From positions 1-41,527 of the IMG/VR virus record IMGVR_UViG_3300033067_001876: 41,527 nucleotides of DNA. One strand, written 5' to 3'. A model generated the notes under the pieces. That model was not told the origin of the DNA. It was given only the letters and a program-made list of their open reading frames with translations, and did not search any database. The stretch is from a virus (taxonomy: Duplodnaviria > Caudoviricetes). Shown piece by piece: positions 35,283 through 41,527 of the stretch; position 1 is the first letter of the stretch, and the number at the start of each line of letters is the position of its first letter. The position numbers were made by a program, and so were the translations under genes.

Positions 35283-35588
35283 TCACAACCCGTCGCACCA
35301 TCGGTAAGCGGTCGTGATCGAGATGCCGTACTTCTCAGCCGCGGTCTTGCGGCTCATCCCCTCCGCCACCGCTCGACGCACCTGGGGTCGGATAGCGTCC
35401 TTCGGCGTCGGGAAGGACTGGCAGAGCTTGTAAACTTTCGAGACCGACAACGTAAGCCCGTGCTGGTCCCTGAGCACGTCTCGAGCCTCCTGGTAGGTGC
35501 CTCCGGAGGCGCGGACCTTCATCAACGACGCCATGATCGGCGCCGGCAGCTCGATCCGGTTTTTGTACTTCAGTCCCTTGGGTCTCAT
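35283..35588 (-). CDS. Double helix-turn-helix DNA-binding protein
   Basis: TYQEARDVL...LSVSKVYK and GMSRKTAAEKYGISITTAYRW. Confidence 0.75.
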   Translation of the reverse strand: MRPKGLKYKNRIELPAPIMASLMKVRASGGTYQEARDVLRDQHGLTLSVSKVYKLCQSFPTPKDAIRPQVRRAVAEGMSRKTAAEKYGISITTAYRWCDGL

Positions 35589-36433
35589 AGTTCTCCTTCG
35601 ATCTGGAATTCTGCCATCTGCTCGGCGATGACGGCTCGCGGCGATGGAACGGAAAAAACGGCGGAGAAGTCCCTGGCGTTCTCGGTCCTATTGCCCGCGT
35701 CTTGACGACCTCGAGGGGGTATTCGGATGTCCATCTGCTCGGCGATGACGGCTCGCGGCGATGGAACGGAAAAAACGGCGGAGAAGTCCCTGGCGTTCTG
35801 GTCGGCGACGTTGCCGGTCTTCTCGGGCTCGAGGTAGACGCGCCACGTGGACGCGAACTTTTGAAGGTTCAGGTACATCGGATCCTTGAGGCGCCGGAGA
35901 TACTCGGCGAAGGCGGCCTGGAACCCGTGAACGTCTCGGTCGGTCGCAAGGACGGACAGAACCATGTGCCGAAGGACGCCTGGGGTCGGCTCCGATTTGA
36001 AAACGTCTCTCCAGATCCGTTCAAGAGCGCATGTGATCGGGGTGGCGTAGACCGTCGCGTCTGGCAGTGTGGCTGTCGTCGGTCCTATTGCCCGCGTCTT
36101 GACGACCTCGAGGGGGTATTCGGATGTGTCGAACGCAGGAGCCGCGGCCGGCTTGGTCCCGTGTATCGGGCATCCTGGGGGGCATGGGATCTCTGCGAGC
36201 TGGTATGTCCTCGTGGGCCCGCGCTTGGTGAGCGCCTTCGAGTCGACCAGGGACGAGATCGTCTTTCGGACGGTGGCGGCGTTGCATCGGGCGAGCCACG
36301 CGATCAGATCGACGTTCGGGCACGCGACCCCACCGGCGTCGGCGCCCTCGGCGATGAAGGCGAGGATCATGGTCTCGTGAGCGTTGAGGTTGGTCGCGTG
36401 GCTCTCGACCATCGCTCTCCAGTGGGCGCTCAC
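35585..36433 (-). CDS. Replication-initiator-like protein with N-terminal winged HTH
   Basis: GTG 36433; ETMILAFIAEGADAGGVACPNVDLIAWLARCNAATVRKTISSLVD; followed by a loader-like gene. Confidence 0.7.
   Translation of the reverse strand: MSAHWRAMVESHATNLNAHETMILAFIAEGADAGGVACPNVDLIAWLARCNAATVRKTISSLVDSKALTKRGPTRTYQLAEIPCPPGCPIHGTKPAAAPAFDTSEYPLEVVKTRAIGPTTATLPDATVYATPITCALERIWRDVFKSEPTPGVLRHMVLSVLATDRDVHGFQAAFAEYLRRLKDPMYLNLQKFASTWRVYLEPEKTGNVADQNARDFSAVFSVPSPRAVIAEQMDIRIPPRGRQDAGNRTENARDFSAVFSVPSPRAVIAEQMAEFQIEGEL
35614..35799. repeat. 69-bp perfect direct repeat (35614-35682, 35731-35799) enclosing a 49-bp copy of 36079-36127
   Basis: Direct sequence comparison. Confidence 0.95.
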
Positions 36434-36984
36434 AGGTCGTCCTCGGCGGGGGCGAAGTCTGGAGCGGCGACGTACTTGAACGTCGTGACGACCGTCCCTT
36501 GGATCCCGGTGGAAGGGCAACACTCAAGCCGGTACGTGTTCCTCGACCTCCCGGGCCCGTCCTCCTTCCCGACGACCAGCACGCCCACCTCGCGCAGCCT
36601 CGAGACCTTCGCCTTGGCGTGTCTCAGGTCGCACCTCCAAAGCGCCGCGAGCCCGGGGAACGCGAACGCCGAAACGTGCGTGTCGTCGTGGGCGTGGATC
36701 AGGAGCGAACAAAAATGCATCTCCTGCGCGGTGAGCTTCTCCTGCCATCTCTCTACGAGGGCGGAGTAACAGTTCTGGTTCATCATGGTCGGTTTCGGTT
36801 TCTCTGGTTCGGGTAGTTCGGCGGCCTTGGCTTCCATCTCCCAGGCTTGATCTGATATCTCGATGGCGGTCAGGTCGTGGATGCTGTTCACCCCAAGGGC
36901 CTTCTTCATGGCGGCGGCAAGCTCAGCCTTCCCGCAGCCTGTCTTTCGTGCGAGTTCGTCGAGGGACCTCCAGTAGTGCCTCAG
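36430..36984 (-). CDS. NinB-like N-terminal segment fused to a winged-HTH domain (start uncertain)
   Basis: LRHYWRSLDELARKTG...MKKALGVNSIHDL; FPGLAALWRC...VSRLREVGVL...RSRNTYRL. Confidence 0.55.
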   Translation of the reverse strand: MRHYWRSLDELARKTGCGKAELAAAMKKALGVNSIHDLTAIEISDQAWEMEAKAAELPEPEKPKPTMMNQNCYSALVERWQEKLTAQEMHFCSLLIHAHDDTHVSAFAFPGLAALWRCDLRHAKAKVSRLREVGVLVVGKEDGPGRSRNTYRLECCPSTGIQGTVVTTFKYVAAPDFAPAEDDL

Positions 36985-37763
36985 AGCAAGGTCGGCGGAG
37001 ACTTTTGCTGAACGTGGGCGATCAGAAGCGGGTCTCGTCGGATGAAGTCTCGGCATCGGTGGACAATGTCCTGAAGGATGGGTTTGTCGGAAGGGTCGGG
37101 CTCGAGGAAATGGGACTCGATTCGATCGAGCGTGATGAGGCCGCGGACGTCCTTCGCGCGGCTCCTGGGCTTCGTCACCTTCACCTGAGCGAGCACGAAG
37201 ATCAAAGGCATGTTGTAGGCGACGAGGTAGGCGTATCGCTGGGCCGATCTGAGGTAGCGCATAGCCTTCACCTGCTTCGTGGTCTTCAGCTCGACCGTGA
37301 CACGTCGCATGAGGTAGTCCGCGCGCATCGACATCCGGACGCCTTCGACCCCCAGTTCCTCCGACGTGAGCAGCCGCGGCACCTCTGGGATCCCGGCGCC
37401 GAAGTTGGGAACCTTCTCGCGGATTGCCTCGATCAGTCCCGGGTCTACCTGCCACGTGTTGCCGTCCTTATTGGTGATCGTCAGGTAGTCCCTGGGGCGC
37501 CACGACTCGGGAAGGTCTCCGTCCACGGGAGCGACGGCCGCGATCGACAGAGCGTGATCGAAGGCCGCTTCGTGGACGGCGTTCCCGGCGTCGGCAGGCT
37601 CAGACATAGGCTCGAAGTTGAGAAGCTGGGCTGCGAACTTCGTCGGCGTCATCCACGGGGCGTCGGGGTCGTCGATCGCCTGGAACGATCCGAGGACTGA
37701 CGGGCTGAGCTGGATCTCGAGCCCGTCGTCTTCCCATTCCTTCGGCGTTGGAAACTCGTTCAC
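36981..37763 (-). CDS. PD-(D/E)XK exonuclease-like protein (partner of Bet)
   Basis: GNAVHE, RADYL, VELKTT, QRYAY. Confidence 0.7.
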   Translation of the reverse strand: MNEFPTPKEWEDDGLEIQLSPSVLGSFQAIDDPDAPWMTPTKFAAQLLNFEPMSEPADAGNAVHEAAFDHALSIAAVAPVDGDLPESWRPRDYLTITNKDGNTWQVDPGLIEAIREKVPNFGAGIPEVPRLLTSEELGVEGVRMSMRADYLMRRVTVELKTTKQVKAMRYLRSAQRYAYLVAYNMPLIFVLAQVKVTKPRSRAKDVRGLITLDRIESHFLEPDPSDKPILQDIVHRCRDFIRRDPLLIAHVQQKSPPTLL

Positions 37764-37975
37764 CGGGGGACCCTGGTGATGAAGTAGACCACGAACACGT
37801 AGATGGCGGAGAAGCCTCCGATGATGGCGAACGCGAGGGCGAGCGCCATGCCGATCAGCTGCGCGCTGTTGGCTCGCTGGCGCTTCATCGCCTCATCCGC
37901 CCGCTCCGCCTCTTTGCGGGCGATCCAAAGGTCAGCCTCACTCTTGAGTCGGTTCGTGATGTCTTCGTTGCTCAT
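37760..37975 (-). CDS. Small membrane protein
   Basis: GGAGGAG RBS; C-terminal TM helix. Confidence 0.7.
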   Translation of the reverse strand: MSNEDITNRLKSEADLWIARKEAERADEAMKRQRANSAQLIGMALALAFAIIGGFSAIYVFVVYFITRVPR

Positions 37976-38015
37976 GGCTGGGTGTCTCCTCCCGTTGAAT
38001 GCGGCTGGCTGGTGC

Positions 38016-38753
38016 TCATGAGGCGGACTCCGCGAAGAGAGGGCCACCCGAAAGGCGCAACCGAGCAGCTTCAGCGAAGGCCTCGTCTCTCTCGACCCCA
38101 ATGAAGGTGTGACCGAGGCGCATGGCCGCGACTCCGGTTGACCCAGAGCCGCAAAATGGATCCAGGACGACACCGCCGCTCTTACCCTGCATGGCGGTCC
38201 TCACAGCGCGCTCCATGAGTTCGACGGGCTTCTCGGCGGGGTGATCGGTTACTCCTGTCGAGCCCCCGCCCCACGGGACATCCCAGACATCAGGTTCGCC
38301 GGTAGGCTTTGGTCTGAAGTCATTCATCTGGATGACGGCAAAGGTCTCGTAACTTCTGCGCAGGATCCCACCCATTCCGATCCGCTTCTTGTTCCAGACT
38401 CCGACTACAGGGGCGCGACGAATGCCACGTCGGGCGATGACGTCGTCTAACGTCAAGAGCCCTCGCCAGTCAAGGGAAAGCCACCACAGTCCGTCCGGCT
38501 TCGTCACGCGGATCCACTCGTCGCAATGCTCTACGAGCCACGCTCGATAGAACTGGGTCTCCGCCGTCTGCCGGATCGTGCGCGAGGCAGTGATCGCCGA
38601 ATCGCCTGTTATGGCATATGGAGGATCCGTCACAATGGCGTCGACCGACTCCGACGGCATCCCCCGGAGGACTTCGAGCGCGTCTCCTTGGATGATCGCT
38701 GCCGCCGGCACTGCTTCGATGGCCTCGGCCACGGGGATAGGTTGGTCGGTCAT
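38016..38753 (-). CDS. DNA N4-cytosine/N6-adenine methyltransferase (beta class)
   Basis: TDPPY, HPAEKPVEL, VLDPFCGSGSTG. Confidence 0.92.
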   Translation of the reverse strand: MTDQPIPVAEAIEAVPAAAIIQGDALEVLRGMPSESVDAIVTDPPYAITGDSAITASRTIRQTAETQFYRAWLVEHCDEWIRVTKPDGLWWLSLDWRGLLTLDDVIARRGIRRAPVVGVWNKKRIGMGGILRRSYETFAVIQMNDFRPKPTGEPDVWDVPWGGGSTGVTDHPAEKPVELMERAVRTAMQGKSGGVVLDPFCGSGSTGVAAMRLGHTFIGVERDEAFAEAARLRLSGGPLFAESAS

Positions 38754-38799
38754 GCCCGGTTGACGTCATCCATCATAAAAACGGCCTTGAAAGTGTCGG

Positions 38800-39927
38800 T
38801 CACTGTTTCGAAACCTCGAGCTTCACCTTGTCGAGCGTCCATCCCATTTCGTGGCAGTGGACCTCGAGCTGGGAGATCGCCTCGGCCTTGGCGTCACCCG
38901 ACATCGCGCGGATGATCTCCATGCCCAGCTGCGCGCGCTTGAGATCCTTCCATTCGGAGATCGCCATCGGGCGGATGTCGAAGTGACCTTCAGGGGCGCC
39001 GGCACGCTTGCCGATCTCCCACTGCATCTTGATCCGGTGCTCGCGGAAGATCTTCTTCGCGGCGGAGGCGAGCGGCTCGGGGAAGGCGAAGATCGCAGGA
39101 AGCGCGGCCATCGCTTTCTCGGGCGTCGTCCACGTGGCGATATCGGCGCGGACGTCGTCGAAGTGGTCGACGTTGGCCGGATCTCCGGACGTCTCGCGCG
39201 GGACAGCGGGGGCGGCCACGGGGACGGGCTTCGGCGCTTCTGCGGGCGCCGTCTTGGGCTCGGCCTTGGGCGCCGAGGCCTTCGGTGCGGCGGGGGCCTT
39301 GGGCTGCTCCTGGGGCACCGTCGTGGTCGTGGTCTCCTTCTCGGGCCCGTCGGCCTGGAGCATCTCCTCAGTCGTGTAGAGGCCGGAGAGTTCAGCCGGA
39401 CAGGCCTTGCGGAGCGCCAGAGCTTCGGCGCACTTCGCGATCATTACGTCTCCCATCGTCTCCCACATCTTGGTAAGGGCGCCGCCCGACTTCTTCTGAG
39501 CGTAGGCGTCGAAACGAGCAACGCCCCAGATGGGTTCGCTCCAGCCTTCGCGAAACACTCCGACCTTGGCGGCGACGAGTTCGCCCATGGGCTTCGTCCA
39601 GACATCGACCCATGCGCCATCCTTCCCGCACCACCACGGCCCGTTCTGCCCGCGGTACTGACCGGAGCGCTCGGCCTGAAGGCGGAGCCCGTCGATGCTG
39701 ACCTGGGTCATCGCCTTCTCGATCGACTGACCGTCGACGAACTGGCGGCGCTTCAGCGTGTAGATCTGGCGCGACCACGGATCGAGCTGCGTCCGCTCGC
39801 ACTGACGGAAGAAGGCCTCCAGCTCATCGGCGGTGTGGGTCTGGGCGTGGAGTCGCTTGTAACGCTGCTTGTCCTCCTCGCTGAACGTGAGCGCGGTCGT
39901 TGGAAGGTTTGGTGTGGCCTGCGTCAT
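38800..39927 (-). CDS. bet: Phage recombination protein Bet (single-strand annealing)
   Basis: LDPWSRQIY, QVSIDGLRLQAERSGQY, MIAKCAEALALRKACP, GLYTTEEM. Confidence 0.9.
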   Translation of the reverse strand: MTQATPNLPTTALTFSEEDKQRYKRLHAQTHTADELEAFFRQCERTQLDPWSRQIYTLKRRQFVDGQSIEKAMTQVSIDGLRLQAERSGQYRGQNGPWWCGKDGAWVDVWTKPMGELVAAKVGVFREGWSEPIWGVARFDAYAQKKSGGALTKMWETMGDVMIAKCAEALALRKACPAELSGLYTTEEMLQADGPEKETTTTTVPQEQPKAPAAPKASAPKAEPKTAPAEAPKPVPVAAPAVPRETSGDPANVDHFDDVRADIATWTTPEKAMAALPAIFAFPEPLASAAKKIFREHRIKMQWEIGKRAGAPEGHFDIRPMAISEWKDLKRAQLGMEIIRAMSGDAKAEAISQLEVHCHEMGWTLDKVKLEVSKQ

Positions 39928-41171
39928 AGCATTGACTCCTGTTCGGGTTCCTGGTCTTCAAAGAAACGGGTGGTGGTTTTGTCCCAGTTCAAGCGGACGG
40001 TGTTGGTGTCACCCTCGCGTTGTTTCGCGACGATGATCTCGGCTCGGCCCTTGTTCGCGTCGGTCGGGTTGTGGGCTTCCTCCCGGTAGATCAGGATGAC
40101 GACGTCGGCGTCTTGTTCGATGGCGCCCGACTCACGAAGGTCGGTGAGCTGCGGTCGTTTGTCCTTGCGGGTGTCGGCCGGCCTAGAGAGCTGTGACAGG
40201 GCGATGATCGGGACCTGAAGGTCGACGGCGAGCTGCTTGAGCCCCCTGGAGATCGAGGCGACCGCCTCCTGACGGTTGGGCCCTTTCCCTTCCATGAGCT
40301 GAAGGTAGTCGACGACTATCAGCTCAAGGTTCGGGATGGTGCGCGCGGCGCGTCGTATCCCCCCGACGGTGTTCGCGGAGGTGTTGATCCACATAGGGAG
40401 CCCGCAAACGTCGGCGGCGGCCTTGGCGAGCGCCTGCCATTGGTGCTCCCTGAGACCGAATTGGATCGCTCTCTGGTTCACCTGCGCGGCGGAGGAGATC
40501 ATTCGGCGGGCGATTTGTTTATGGCTCATCTCGAGGCTGACGATGAGACACCGCGCAAACGAACCTCGCGCCATTTGAACGGCCAGGGCGCTTTTACCCA
40601 TGCCAGGGCGGCCGGCGACGACGATCAGCTCCCCATTGTTGAGGCCGGAGAGAATCGCGTCGAGCTGTCCGAAACCCGTAGGACGGCCGATCATCCCCTT
40701 GGCGCCTGCGAGCTGCTCGAAGCTGTCGAAGGCGGCCTTGGCGGCGGTGTAGATCGGGACGGTGTGATCTCGAGCTCGAACGTCGTTCGATTCGATCGCA
40801 CGAAGCGCGGCGGCGATCTGTTCGTCAGGGTCGGCCTTTTCAGCCGCAATTGTGAGCGCCTCCCGAAGCTGGCGATTCTGTGAAGCCGCGCGAACGAGCT
40901 TCGCCCACGGAGCGACGTTTTCGATGCGCGGTAGACCGTCAACGAGGGCGGCGATCTCCGCGGCGGGGATCCGGCCGCCCAGCTCATGGCGGACCGTGAC
41001 GAGGTCGATCGGCTGCGCTCGCTCGTCAATCGCGTGCATGGCGGCGAAGATCGCGCGGTGTACCGGGTCGGCGAAGTCGTGGGCGGTAAGCGCGGCGGTC
41101 GACATCGCGCGGTTGTCGATCAGGATAGCTCCAAGGATGGTTCGCTCGGCGTCTTTGATGGCGTCGCTCAT
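39924..41171 (-). CDS. dnaB: Replicative DNA helicase
   Basis: AERTILGAIL, GRPGMGKS, VVDYLQLM, LSQLSR, DLRESGAIEQDAD, IVAKQREG. Confidence 0.97.
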   Translation of the reverse strand: MSDAIKDAERTILGAILIDNRAMSTAALTAHDFADPVHRAIFAAMHAIDERAQPIDLVTVRHELGGRIPAAEIAALVDGLPRIENVAPWAKLVRAASQNRQLREALTIAAEKADPDEQIAAALRAIESNDVRARDHTVPIYTAAKAAFDSFEQLAGAKGMIGRPTGFGQLDAILSGLNNGELIVVAGRPGMGKSALAVQMARGSFARCLIVSLEMSHKQIARRMISSAAQVNQRAIQFGLREHQWQALAKAAADVCGLPMWINTSANTVGGIRRAARTIPNLELIVVDYLQLMEGKGPNRQEAVASISRGLKQLAVDLQVPIIALSQLSRPADTRKDKRPQLTDLRESGAIEQDADVVILIYREEAHNPTDANKGRAEIIVAKQREGDTNTVRLNWDKTTTRFFEDQEPEQESML

Positions 41172-41199
41172 CGTCGGGCCTCGGGTCTCATAGGTGCGG

Positions 41200-41229
41200 A
41201 TTGTCGTCTTTGTGCGGCGGGCATGTCAA
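41200..41229 (-). promoter_or_regulatory. Sigma70 promoter for the dnaB-bet operon
   Basis: TTGACA-N18-GACAAT with an AT-rich UP-like region; 8 nt to ATG 41191 of a 7-codon leader ORF. Confidence 0.7.
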
Positions 41230-41249
41230 TAATTTTCTGACAAGTTCTT

Positions 41250-41527
41250 TTAAAGGTGCTCAAGGTCCAGTGTGTCGGCGAGTCGCATCATGGCGGCCAC
41301 CCTGGCGGAGTCGGGCGTCGTGGTGATCGCGTCGACTGTTAGGGTCTGGCGCGTCGTCTTCTCTTCGAGGAGCGCGGGGACGCGAACGTCTACCGGGTGA
41401 TCGGCGACGAAGTGGCTGGGAGTCCCGCAGGCCCGGCAGCGGACGATCTTCGTCGGCGTCCGCCTGGACCTGGCGGCGAAGGGGGTCAAGCCGGCGCACC
41501 CGTCGCCGCTGCCGTACCGGTACTCGG
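41250..41527 (-). CDS. Hypothetical protein, probably 5'-truncated
   Basis: Frame open to the window edge; CRACG motif. Confidence 0.5.
   Translation of the reverse strand, partial: EYRYGSGDGCAGLTPFAARSRRTPTKIVRCRACGTPSHFVADHPVDVRVPALLEEKTTRQTLTVDAITTTPDSARVAAMMRLADTLDLEHL

Larger units (their letters stand above)
1..41527. mobile_element. Tailed bacteriophage (podovirus-like), near-complete genome segment
   Basis: Capsid, portal, terminase, adaptor/nozzle, ejection proteins, DnaB, Bet, RuvC, endolysin and MTases in tightly coupled operons; no tape-measure or sheath gene recognised; no host genes. Confidence 0.95.

Noticed and set aside
35614-35799. Diversity-generating retroelement TR/VR pair or CRISPR array
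   Set aside because: Copies are identical with no adenine-specific mismatches, no reverse transcriptase or cas genes are present, and there are only two units inside a CDS
36981-37763. Cas4
   Set aside because: Lacks the four Fe-S cysteines; its context near Bet fits a recombination exonuclease
41460-41527. Terminal repeat or direct circular join to position 1
   Set aside because: The ends share no sequence and the open frames do not join convincingly; some genome is probably missing
1-41527. Integrase, att site, or known anti-phage defence system
   Set aside because: No recombinase or defence-family motifs recognised; lifestyle cannot be determined from this window

Overview
The whole window is high-GC tailed-phage DNA with podovirus-like morphogenesis genes, probably most of one genome. 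No integrase, tRNA, CRISPR array or host housekeeping gene is visible. It has two minus-strand early/replication arms. The left arm (1-7982) encodes a DUF932-like protein, two C5 DNA methyltransferases, RuvC, a GH108 endolysin and a replication initiator. The right arm (33736-41527) encodes a helicase loader/inhibitor-like protein, HTH initiators, a PD-(D/E)XK nuclease, an N4/N6 MTase, Bet and DnaB. Between them lies a plus-strand late operon (8226-34101): scaffold, major capsid, adaptor, nozzle, ejection proteins, fibres, holin-like genes, terminase and portal. The most unusual observations are: (i) a large terminase split into two genes in reversed order on either side of the portal; (ii) several late genes, including a tail-fibre-type and a capsid-decoration-position gene, that carry signal peptides and paired cysteines, one with a signal-less paralog; (iii) an M.EcoHK31I-like methyltransferase whose second subunit is nested in another frame; (iv) shared N-terminal cassettes and translationally coupled mini-ORF scars of module shuffling; (v) recurrent leaderless promoters. 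All calls come from reading motifs by eye; no database search was run.
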